A DNA stretch of 34,839 nucleotides from a bacterium (GCA_021813965.1 JAKAJB010000001.1:1-34839); one strand, 5' to 3'. Numbered from the stretch's first letter, positions 9,482-17,606 are shown. Translations and numbers: made by a program. The notes: generated by a model not told the origin, from the sequence alone.

Positions 9482-10024
9482 ATGGAAACAATCACCTCGA
9501 AGCCGCCGAAATTCGTCCGCTGGGCGCTTTTGATAGGCATCGTCGTCATCCTCAACGTCTTTTTCTCGGTCGTGCTCGCCGTCGCGTATCCGGCCCCGGT
9601 CTATAACGATTTCTGTCCGACGCAATCCATGGTCTCGCCGACCAATGCCGCGACCTGTGACGCTCAAGGCGGCATCTGGACGGAGTATCCAGCGGCGGTC
9701 GCACCAGACGTGTCGGCACCGAAAGCGACCGGGTACTGCGACATGTACGCGAAATGCCAGCAGCCATTCCAGGCTGCAAGCGACCGCTATGCGCTATACG
9801 CGTTCGTTCTCATGACCGTACTCGGCATCATTTCGCTCATCGTCGGCTTCATGCCGATCGGCTCCTCGATCGTCTCATCCGGCCTCTCCTATGGCGGCGT
9901 CGTCGCTATCATCGTCGGATCGGTAGAGTACTGGGGCACGGCGGGGAACTGGCTCCGTCTCGCTATCGCGACAGCAGGCCTCATCGCGCTGCTCTACATC
10001 GGCACGAAGCGTTTCCGCGATTAG
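9482..10024 (+). CDS. Hypothetical membrane protein with a Cys-containing extracytoplasmic loop
   Basis: One N-terminal TM helix, an extracytoplasmic loop of about 70 aa with 4 Cys, then 3 more TM helices. The stop lies 4 nt before leuS. Confidence 0.7.
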   Translation: METITSKPPKFVRWALLIGIVVILNVFFSVVLAVAYPAPVYNDFCPTQSMVSPTNAATCDAQGGIWTEYPAAVAPDVSAPKATGYCDMYAKCQQPFQAASDRYALYAFVLMTVLGIISLIVGFMPIGSSIVSSGLSYGGVVAIIVGSVEYWGTAGNWLRLAIATAGLIALLYIGTKRFRD

Positions 10025-10028
10025 TCCT

Positions 10029-12866
10029 ATGGCGCGAGAGAAATTCGATCATGCGGGCGTAGAGAAGAAGTGGCAAGCAATATGGAAAGAGAAGGGGCTC
10101 TACCGCTCGACCGAAGATAAAGACAAGAAGAAAGCCTATGTGCTCGACATGTTCCCGTACCCTTCGGGCGAAGGACTTCATGTCGGCCACCCGAAAGGAT
10201 ACATCGCGACAGACATCTACTCCCGCCACAAGCGCATGAGCGGCTATTCCGTGCTGCACCCGATGGGGTGGGACGCTTTCGGCCTGCCGGCCGAGAACTA
10301 CGCGCTCAAGAACAAGGTGCATCCGCGCGCGGCGGTGGAGAAGAACATAGAGAATTTCAAGAAGCAGCTCGCGCATATCGGCTTCGATTACGACTGGTCT
10401 CGCGAGATAAATACGACCGACCCTTCTTACTACCACTGGACGCAGTGGATCTTCCTCAAGATGCTCGAACAAGGCCTCGCCTTCCAATCGAACGAGCCCA
10501 TCAACTGGTGCCCCTCCTGCATGACCGGCCTCGCGAATGAGGATCTCGATGGCGCCGTCTGCGAGCGGTGCGGCACGCCGGTCGTGAAGAAGAATCTGCC
10601 GCAATGGGTTCTGAAGATCACTGATTACGCGGACCGTATGCTCGCCGACCTCGATACGCTCAACTGGCCGGAACATATCAAAGAAGCGCAGCGCAACTGG
10701 ATCGGCCGCTCCGAGGGCGCGGAGATAGATTTCCCGATCACCGGCGGCGGAACATCCGTCAGAGTGTTCACGACTCGCGCCGACACCATCTACGGCGCGA
10801 CGTATCTCGTGCTCGCGCCGGAGCATGCGCTCGTCGAAGAGCTGATCGCCTCCGGCGTAGTGAAGAACGCCGATGCGGTGCGCGCGTATGCCGAGGCCGC
10901 GGCGGTCAAATCCGAAATCGACCGCAGCGCAGAAGGGAAGGAGAAGACCGGCGTACCGCTCGAAGGCGTCTCGGCGATCAACCCGGCGACCAAAGAAGCG
11001 ATACCGGTCTATGTCGCCGACTACGTCCTCGGCGGGTACGGGACCGGCGCCATCATGGCCGTCCCCGCGCACGACGAGCGCGATCTCGCATTCGCGCAGA
11101 AGATGCATTTGCCGGTCCGCGCCGTCATCGAGCCTATCCTTACGCAAACCGAAGGATCTGCGACCTTCCGCGCCGATGAACCGGTGACGGATTCATTCGG
11201 CGTCATCGCTCTCATACGACATTGGGAAAACGATTCCTATATCGGTCTGTATTGGCCGGGCGCGAAATGGGGAACGCTCCTCACTGGCACTATCGATGAC
11301 GGATTTTCGCCGGAAGAGACCGTCCTGAAGGAGATCCGCGAAGAGACCGGCTATATACACGCGCGCATCGTGCGGCCGCTCGGGAAGATACACAGCCGGT
11401 ACTATCACGAGCCGAAGCGGCAGAACCGCTTCGGACACGCCCCGGCATTCTACGTCGAGCTCGCCGACGGCGCGCGCGAGGATGTCTCTGCGGAAGAAGT
11501 TGCGAAACACGAGGTGCGCTGGCTCTCGCTTCCCGAGCTCCGCTCGTTCCTGACCGCCAATTCGCACCAGGTCGCTCTCGACCTCTTCGAGCGCGGCGTG
11601 TATACCGGTCCGGGCATCCTCGCGAACTCCGGCGAATTCGACGGACGTGACAGCAGCGAGGCGAAAGACGAAATCGTCGCAAGCGTCGGCGGCAAGACCG
11701 TCGTGCGGTACAAGCTGCGCGATTGGGTATTCAGCCGACAGCGCTATTGGGGCGAGCCGATTCCGGTCATCCACTGTCCCAAGGACGGCGTCGTCCCCGT
11801 TCCATATGAAGACCTCCCGGTGAAGCTTCCGGAAGTAGAGTCCTACGAACCGACCGGCACCGGCGAGTCGCCGCTCGCGGCCATCGACGAGTGGGTCAAC
11901 ACTACATGCCCGAAATGCAAGGGACCGGCGAAGCGCGAGACTAACACGATGCCGCAATGGGCCGGCTCATCGTGGTATTACCTGCGCTTCATGGACCCGC
12001 ATGACGATACGCAGCTCGTCTCCACGAAAAACGAGAAGTACTGGGCGCCGGTCGATGTGTACGTGGGCGGCGATCATGCGGTCCGGCACCTCATCTACGC
12101 GCGTTTCTGGCACAAGTTCCTCTATGACATCGGCGTCGTGAGTACGAGGGAGCCGTTCGCCCGGCTCGAATTCCTCGGCTTCATCCTGGACGAACACGGA
12201 CAGAAGATGAGCAAATCGAAGGGGAACGTCATCAACCCCGACGCGGTCATCGAAGAATACGGGGCCGATGCGTTCCGCATCTACGAGATGTTCATGGGGC
12301 CGTTCGAGAACACGACGGCCTGGAGCACGGCGTCCATCGCCGGCACCGCGCGATTCATCGAACGCCTGTGGCGCCTCCAGGATTCGGTCGCCGAGGCTCC
12401 GGTCCCGGCGCTGGATGCGCTCTTGCACGAGACGGTCCGCAAGGTAGGCGATGATATCGAGTCGTTCAAATTCAATACCGCTGTGAGCCAGATGATGATC
12501 TTCCTGAACGCCGTCGAGAAAGAAGGTTCGATCGGGAAAGAGCAGTGGCGCATGTACCTGCGCGTGCTCGCGCCGTTCGCACCGCACATCACTGAAGAGC
12601 TTTGGCAACGGCTCGGGGAGGAGGACTCCATACATCACGCATCGTGGCCCGCGTATGACGAGTCGCTGCTCATCGCGGAGGAAGTCGAAGTCACCGTGCA
12701 GGTGAACGGCAAGCGTCGCGGTTCAGTGCGGCTCGCGGCGAACGGCACGGAAGAGGACGCGGTCGCGGCGGCGCGCGCGCTCCCTGCGGTGACCGCTGCG
12801 CTCGGCAATACCGCGCCGGAGCGCGTCATTTACAAGCCGGGTAGAATCTTAAACCTCGTGGTATAA
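10029..12866 (+). CDS. leuS: Leucine--tRNA ligase with an embedded Nudix-like domain (945 aa)
   Basis: Class-I signatures PYPSGEGLHVGHPKGY (HIGH) and KMSKSKGN (KMSKS). Also the ZN1 CxxC...CxxC pair, the CP1 editing motifs TTRADTIYGATY and GTGAIMAVPAHDERD, and the C-terminal tail KPGRILNLVV. Confidence 0.97.
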   Translation: MAREKFDHAGVEKKWQAIWKEKGLYRSTEDKDKKKAYVLDMFPYPSGEGLHVGHPKGYIATDIYSRHKRMSGYSVLHPMGWDAFGLPAENYALKNKVHPRAAVEKNIENFKKQLAHIGFDYDWSREINTTDPSYYHWTQWIFLKMLEQGLAFQSNEPINWCPSCMTGLANEDLDGAVCERCGTPVVKKNLPQWVLKITDYADRMLADLDTLNWPEHIKEAQRNWIGRSEGAEIDFPITGGGTSVRVFTTRADTIYGATYLVLAPEHALVEELIASGVVKNADAVRAYAEAAAVKSEIDRSAEGKEKTGVPLEGVSAINPATKEAIPVYVADYVLGGYGTGAIMAVPAHDERDLAFAQKMHLPVRAVIEPILTQTEGSATFRADEPVTDSFGVIALIRHWENDSYIGLYWPGAKWGTLLTGTIDDGFSPEETVLKEIREETGYIHARIVRPLGKIHSRYYHEPKRQNRFGHAPAFYVELADGAREDVSAEEVAKHEVRWLSLPELRSFLTANSHQVALDLFERGVYTGPGILANSGEFDGRDSSEAKDEIVASVGGKTVVRYKLRDWVFSRQRYWGEPIPVIHCPKDGVVPVPYEDLPVKLPEVESYEPTGTGESPLAAIDEWVNTTCPKCKGPAKRETNTMPQWAGSSWYYLRFMDPHDDTQLVSTKNEKYWAPVDVYVGGDHAVRHLIYARFWHKFLYDIGVVSTREPFARLEFLGFILDEHGQKMSKSKGNVINPDAVIEEYGADAFRIYEMFMGPFENTTAWSTASIAGTARFIERLWRLQDSVAEAPVPALDALLHETVRKVGDDIESFKFNTAVSQMMIFLNAVEKEGSIGKEQWRMYLRVLAPFAPHITEELWQRLGEEDSIHHASWPAYDESLLIAEEVEVTVQVNGKRRGSVRLAANGTEEDAVAAARALPAVTAALGNTAPERVIYKPGRILNLVV
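11166..11612 (+). other. Nudix-hydrolase-like domain inserted in-frame in LeuRS (about residues 380-528)
   Basis: The 23-residue Nudix box aligns without gaps: GTIDDGFSPEETVLKEIREETGY (11286-11354) against G-x5-E-x7-R-E-U-x-E-E-x-G-U. Position 7 is F instead of E and position 15 is K instead of R. The domain is flanked by the LeuRS segments VRAVIEP and GILANSGEFDG. Confidence 0.75.
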
Positions 12867-12875
12867 TCCGTTCTG

Positions 12876-12904
12876 TTGACTTATCAGGGTGCTCTTGTTA
12901 TAAA
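12876..12904 (+). promoter_or_regulatory. Sigma70-type promoter: TTGACT, 17-nt spacer, TGtTATAAA
   Basis: -35 TTGACT at 12876-12881, 17-nt spacer, -10 TATAAA at 12899-12904 preceded by TGt. The ATG at 12914 lies 9 nt downstream. Confidence 0.6.
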
Positions 12905-12913
12905 TTAGACCAC

Positions 12914-14002
12914 ATGACCAAGGGTACCAAGGCGAAGACGGCAAAAAAAGGCTCCGCGGCGAAAAAGCCTGTGTCTGTCTCGTTTTCTTTTGATAGCTCC
13001 GCACTGGTGAAGAAACTCCTTGCGGCCGCTCCTGAGCGCGCGCGGGAAGTGCTCATCCGCCGTTTCGGCCTCGGTACCGACGCCGCTCGCGAAACGCTCG
13101 AAGCCATCGGCGATCGCTCGAGCATCACGCGCGAGCGCGTCCGCCAGATTGAAGCCGCCGGCCTCGACGCCGTCCGCGCAAGCAAAGCGTTCAAGGAAGC
13201 GAAAGCTGCGTTCGTCGAACTCTCTGAATACATCCACTCGCTCGGCGTCATCGTCCCCGAAGAAGAACTCCTCCTCGCGCTCGGGAAAGATGAGAAGACC
13301 CGCAACCGTTTCCGTTTCCTCCTCGTGCTCGATTCCTCTTTTTTCCGCGAACGCGAGACGAACGACTTCCTCTCCCGCTGGCACATCGACGCGGCGACGG
13401 CGAAGAGCATCCACGAGGCGCTCTCGCGCCTCTACGCCTCGCTTCCGGACGACGAGGTCATCTCCGAAGGCGACCTGCTCGACCGTTTCCTCGATGAGCT
13501 CAAGGGCGTGAACGATGCGTACAAGAATGAAGAGGTGATGAAGCGCTGGCTCTCGCTCTCTAAGCGCATCGGCAGCAATCCGCTCGGCGAATGGGGTCGC
13601 ACGACCGCACCGGCCATCCGCATCAAAGGCATCCGCGATTATGCGTACCTCGCTATCAAACGCCATGGCGAACCGATGCACTTCTCGGAAGTCGCGAAAA
13701 CCATCGGCACGCTTTTCTCCAAGAAGGCGCATGTCGCGACGACCCATAACGAGCTCATCAAGGATCCTCGTTTCGTGCTCGTCGGCCGGGGACTCTACGC
13801 GCTCACCGAGTGGGGCTATAAGCCGGGCGTCGTCCGCGACGTCATCCGCGAGACGCTCGAGAAGACAGGCCCCATGAAGAAGGACGAGATCATCAAGCAG
13901 GTGAAGGAGGCTCGGTTCGTGAAGGACAACACCATCCTCGTGAACCTCAACGATTCTCGCTATTTCAAGCGGATGAAAGACGGTCGCTATACGGCGGTCT
14001 AA
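12914..14002 (+). CDS. Sigma-70 region-4-like HTH plus HARE-HTH (RNAP delta-like) domain protein
   Basis: Lys-rich N-terminal tail. RAREVLIRRFGLG....TLEAIGDRSSITRERVRQIEAAGL matches sigma region 4.2. The C-terminal part (AYLAIKRHGEPMHFSEVAKTI.....HNELIKDPRFVLVGRGLYALTEWGY) matches the HARE-HTH pattern of RpoE(delta). Confidence 0.8.
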   Translation: MTKGTKAKTAKKGSAAKKPVSVSFSFDSSALVKKLLAAAPERAREVLIRRFGLGTDAARETLEAIGDRSSITRERVRQIEAAGLDAVRASKAFKEAKAAFVELSEYIHSLGVIVPEEELLLALGKDEKTRNRFRFLLVLDSSFFRERETNDFLSRWHIDAATAKSIHEALSRLYASLPDDEVISEGDLLDRFLDELKGVNDAYKNEEVMKRWLSLSKRIGSNPLGEWGRTTAPAIRIKGIRDYAYLAIKRHGEPMHFSEVAKTIGTLFSKKAHVATTHNELIKDPRFVLVGRGLYALTEWGYKPGVVRDVIRETLEKTGPMKKDEIIKQVKEARFVKDNTILVNLNDSRYFKRMKDGRYTAV

Positions 14003-14015
14003 GCTTTTTATAAAC

Positions 14016-14051
14016 ACGACGCGACCGCTTAGAAGCGGCCGCGTCGTTTTT
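14016..14051 (+). terminator. Rho-independent terminator
   Basis: 13-bp stem ACGACGCGACCGC (14016-14028) / GCGGCCGCGTCGT (14035-14047) with one mismatch, a 6-nt loop and a T-run. Confidence 0.75.
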
Positions 14052-14073
14052 ATTGCTATACTTGTCGCATACT

Positions 14074-15423
14074 ATGCTCCCATTCCTGGATCTCATCGAG
14101 AGCCGCACGAAAAAGCTGAAAAGCGAACTCGGCGTCCGCTCTTCGCCGCGGCCAATCTTCATCCTCGGCCTCGTACTTCTCGCGCTCTCATTCATCGTCA
14201 TGTCGAGCGCCGTCTCCACGGCACTGTCCCTCGCTCTCTTCCTCGCGCCGCTGTGGATACCATTCATGCTCGTCGCGGGCGCCTGGATACTTTGGATCAT
14301 CTTGAAGCGCTCGGAATACATCGCTTTTCAGAAGACGATCTTGCTTGAAATCAAGCCGCCGCGCAACTTGGCGAAGACGCCGCTTGCGATGGAGGCGATG
14401 CTCTCGGGCATCCACGCCGGCCCCTATGAAGGCACGTGGTACAAGAAATACATCAAAGGCGCCGTGCGGCCGTGGTGGTCGCTCGAGATCGTGTCGCTTG
14501 AGGGACAAGTGCATTTCTTCATCTGGACGCGAACCGGGTTCCGCCGACTCATCGAGGCGCAGATGTATGCGCAGTACCCGGGCGTGCAGATAACTGAGGC
14601 GCCCGATTACACGCGGCTCATGACCGCCTCTCCCGAAGAGTGGGAGATATGGGGATGCGATTTCGTCCATACCGATAAAGATCCGCTTCCCATCAAGACG
14701 TACGTCGAATATGGCCTCGACAAGGTGCAGAAAGAACCGGAGCAGGTCGACCCGCTCGCAAACCTCATCGAATTCATGGGCTCGATGGGGAAGGGCGAAT
14801 ACCTCTGGCTCCAACTCGTCATCCGCATGCATAAGGGCGAGAAATACGGGAAGCTCAATGAGAAAGGGAAGCCGTATACCTGGAAAGACGAGGCGGCGGA
14901 ACTCATAAAAGAGCTCCGCGAAAAGACGCGCGACACCTATACCGACCCCGCGACCGGCGAAGAGCGCCCGGGCTTCCCGAGCCCGACCAAGGGCCAGATG
15001 GAAAAGATCGCCGCTATCGAACGCAATATCTCCAAGTTGGCTTTCGATGTGGGCGCACGGGGCATCTACCTCGCGAGCCCGGAGAAGTTCGACCCGATCG
15101 TCATCTCGGGCCTCACGGGCATCTTCAAACAGTTCTCTTCGGAAGGGTGGAACGGTCTGCGCCCGAGCGGGTGGATGACGGCATTCGACGACTATCCGTG
15201 GGAGATCGGCGTCGCAAAACTGAAAGACAAGTACCGCGCCTGGATGGTCGAAGCGTATCGCCGCCGTCAGTTCTTCCATGACCCCTACAAGCTCGACACG
15301 ATGGTGATGAGCACCGAAGAGATTGCGACGATCTACCACATACCTTCCTCCTCCGTCGAGACGCCGAGCCTCGGGCGCATCCAGTCGGCGACGGCGGAAG
15401 CTCCGTCTAATCTTCCTACGTAG
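14074..15423 (+). CDS. Hypothetical membrane protein (N-terminal TM pair plus a soluble domain of about 360 aa)
   Basis: The track ORF starts at TTG 14053, but TGCTATACT (14054-14062) looks like a -10 box, so the ATG at 14074 is preferred. Two or three N-terminal TM helices. No nucleotide-binding or catalytic motif recognised. Confidence 0.7.
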   Translation: MLPFLDLIESRTKKLKSELGVRSSPRPIFILGLVLLALSFIVMSSAVSTALSLALFLAPLWIPFMLVAGAWILWIILKRSEYIAFQKTILLEIKPPRNLAKTPLAMEAMLSGIHAGPYEGTWYKKYIKGAVRPWWSLEIVSLEGQVHFFIWTRTGFRRLIEAQMYAQYPGVQITEAPDYTRLMTASPEEWEIWGCDFVHTDKDPLPIKTYVEYGLDKVQKEPEQVDPLANLIEFMGSMGKGEYLWLQLVIRMHKGEKYGKLNEKGKPYTWKDEAAELIKELREKTRDTYTDPATGEERPGFPSPTKGQMEKIAAIERNISKLAFDVGARGIYLASPEKFDPIVISGLTGIFKQFSSEGWNGLRPSGWMTAFDDYPWEIGVAKLKDKYRAWMVEAYRRRQFFHDPYKLDTMVMSTEEIATIYHIPSSSVETPSLGRIQSATAEAPSNLPT

Positions 15424-15428
15424 CCCGC

Positions 15429-16433
15429 ATGCCGCCCTTCACTCGGATCATTTCGACGATCACGTCGGCCTGCGCGCCGTATCTTTCCCGCATCCCGCGC
15501 AAGCGCGTCGGGATAGTCGTCGGCATCCTCCTCCTTGTCGGCGGTTACTACATCGCGTTTGCGCCGCCCGCCGATTTTTCCCCGGGAAGCATCGTCCGCA
15601 TCTCGCGCGGAACCTCGGCACCGGAAATAGCGACCGAACTCGCCGATGCGCACATCATCTCGCACCCGTCGGTCTTGCGCGCTCTCCTGCGGCTCTCGGG
15701 CGAAAGCGGCAATGTGCAGACCGGCGTGTATCAGTTCGTCGCGCCGCAAAACGCGTTCGTCGTCGCATACCGTCTCGTCACCGGCGCGTACGGACTGCCG
15801 CCGGTGCGCCTCACCTTCGTCGAAGGGACGACCGTACACGAGGCGGCGGTGCGCGTCGCGAGCGCCTTGCCGGGCATCTCCGCGGACGAATTCCTCGCCG
15901 CGGCTGCCGGGAAGGAGGGCTACTTGTTCCCGGATACGTATTTCTTCCAGCCGTCGGCCGATGCCGAGTCCATCGTCGCGGCCATGCGCGCGAATTTCGA
16001 TACGAAGATAGCGCCGCTCATCCCGGCGATAGGCGCGTCGGGTCATTCGCTTGCGGACATCGTGACCATGGCGTCCATCGTCGAGAAGGAAGCGCGCACG
16101 AGCGCCGACCGGCGCATGGTCGCCGGCATCCTCTGGAACCGCGTACGGCTCGGCATGCCACTCCAAGTCGACGCCGTCTTCGGGTACATCTTCGACCGGC
16201 CCACGTATTCGCCGTCGCCTTCCGACCTCGCGGTGAAGTCGCCGTACAATACGTACCTCCATGCCGGGCTCCCGCCGGGGCCGATCGACAATCCGGGACT
16301 CGATTCGCTCGAGGCGGCCGCGCAGCCGACCAAGACGAGCTATCTCTATTACCTCACCGGCCATGATGGCCTCATGCACTACGCGACGACCTACGCCGGC
16401 CACCAGGCCAATCTCCGAAAATATTTGAATTGA
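15429..16433 (+). CDS. mltG: Endolytic murein transglycosylase MltG (YceG-like)
   Basis: N-terminal TM anchor, then GYLFPDTYFF, ASIVEKEA, GILWNRVRLGMPLQVDA and SPYNTYLHAGLPPGPIDNPG. Confidence 0.9.
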   Translation: MPPFTRIISTITSACAPYLSRIPRKRVGIVVGILLLVGGYYIAFAPPADFSPGSIVRISRGTSAPEIATELADAHIISHPSVLRALLRLSGESGNVQTGVYQFVAPQNAFVVAYRLVTGAYGLPPVRLTFVEGTTVHEAAVRVASALPGISADEFLAAAAGKEGYLFPDTYFFQPSADAESIVAAMRANFDTKIAPLIPAIGASGHSLADIVTMASIVEKEARTSADRRMVAGILWNRVRLGMPLQVDAVFGYIFDRPTYSPSPSDLAVKSPYNTYLHAGLPPGPIDNPGLDSLEAAAQPTKTSYLYYLTGHDGLMHYATTYAGHQANLRKYLN

Positions 16434-16460
16434 AAAACCCGCAATAGCTGCGGGTTTTTT
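16434..16460 (+). terminator. Rho-independent terminator after mltG
   Basis: AAAAACCCGCA-atagc-TGCGGGTTTTTT. The flanking A-run and T-run make it potentially bidirectional. Confidence 0.85.
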
Positions 16461-16604
16461 GCTGCACGGCCGAGACATCTTTCAAAGCAAGCCTTGAGTG
16501 TCCTTAACCTCAATACGACAGCTCCCGAACCAGGGAGCCGCGAGCAGCCCGGAGTTCTTTTACCACTGTAGTCACCGATTGCCAAGCATGATTAGATACT
16601 CAAT

Positions 16605-17606
16605 ATGAATGTACGAGGTAAGAAGATCTTCGTCGGCCTCTCGGGAGGTGTGGATTCCGCCGTGTCGGCGGCATTGCTCAAGCGGGCGGGGGCCGAAGTG
16701 ACGGGCGTGTTCATCAAGGGCTGGTACCCGCCGGGGATGCCGTGCACCTGGGCGGCCGACCGCCGCGACGCGATGCGGGTGGCGGCCCGGCTCCATATCC
16801 CGTTCCGCACGCTCGACGCGAGCGCAGAGTACAAGAAGAGCGTCATCGACTACCTGCTCGCCGAGTATCGCGCAGGGCGCACGCCGAATCCGGACGTGAT
16901 GTGCAACCGCGAGGTGAAGTTCGGCGCCTTCTACCGTTACGCGAGAGAGCAGGGGGCGGATGCCATCGCGACCGGCCACTACACGAGCGGCGAGAAAGAC
17001 CAGTGCTACTTCCTGTGGGCCGTCCCGAAGGAGGTGCTCGAGGCGACGATATTCCCGGTCGGGGAGATGGATAAGAAAGATGTGCGTGCGCTCGCGAAGC
17101 GCCTCGGTCTGCCGGTAGCGGAGAAGCGAGACAGTCAGGGCGTCTGCTTCCTCGGCAGCATTTCGGTGGAAGAATTCCTCAGAAGCGAGTTCGGAGAGGA
17201 GCCTGGCCGCGCAGTCGATGAGGCAGGGAATGCCGTCGGCGAGCACGACGGCGTGCTCCTCCACACGCTCGGAGAACGCGTCTCGCTGCAAGACGCGAGC
17301 GAACCCGGACCATGGTTCGTTCTCGCGAAAGACGTCGGACGGAATGAATTGACGGTAGGGAAGACGCGAACCCCATTTTCCGAAAGCGCCGAAAGGGTTA
17401 TCCGATTCGCCCAGGAGAATTGGTTTGACGAGCCGTCACTCGTAACAGCGGCGCAGTATCGGTACCGCGGCCCGCACATCCCGGGACACCTCGAACACGA
17501 CCGGTTCGTGAGCTCCGTGCCGTTCCCTGAAATCCCGACGCCAGGACAATCGGTCGTTTTTTACGATGATGACGAACTTGTCGGCGGTGGTATCATTACT
17601 GCATGA
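16605..17606 (+). CDS. mnmA: tRNA 2-thiouridine(34) synthase MnmA
   Basis: PP-loop VGLSGGVDSAVSAALL, plus the TPNPDVMCNREVKF and ATGHY motifs. Confidence 0.93.
   Translation: MNVRGKKIFVGLSGGVDSAVSAALLKRAGAEVTGVFIKGWYPPGMPCTWAADRRDAMRVAARLHIPFRTLDASAEYKKSVIDYLLAEYRAGRTPNPDVMCNREVKFGAFYRYAREQGADAIATGHYTSGEKDQCYFLWAVPKEVLEATIFPVGEMDKKDVRALAKRLGLPVAEKRDSQGVCFLGSISVEEFLRSEFGEEPGRAVDEAGNAVGEHDGVLLHTLGERVSLQDASEPGPWFVLAKDVGRNELTVGKTRTPFSESAERVIRFAQENWFDEPSLVTAAQYRYRGPHIPGHLEHDRFVSSVPFPEIPTPGQSVVFYDDDELVGGGIITA

Noticed and set aside
9981-11147. 388-aa ORF on the - strand, antisense to leuS. Similar long antisense or out-of-frame ORFs occur at 12905-14017, 14188-15339, 15333-16478, 22907-24232 (+), 27334-28209 and 31738-32697.
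   Set aside because: Each is entirely shadowed by a same-locus gene with clear family motifs. They are stop-poor frames produced by high GC, with Arg/Asp/His/Gly-rich low-information sequence.
15323-16366. 347-aa + strand ORF in an alternative frame over mltG.
   Set aside because: It has extreme Arg/Pro/His content and no motifs, and the overlapping frame carries clear YceG/MltG signatures.
16521-16538. Hairpin GCTCCC-gaacca-GGGAGC considered as a tRNA T-arm (- strand reads GGTTCGGG) or as an SRP RNA domain IV (nearby GAGCAGCC).
   Set aside because: The loop is 6 nt rather than the 7-nt T-loop. No matching acceptor stem, D-arm or anticodon arm can be drawn. There is no GNRA-capped helix with the SRP symmetric loop and no long-range 5'/3' pairing.
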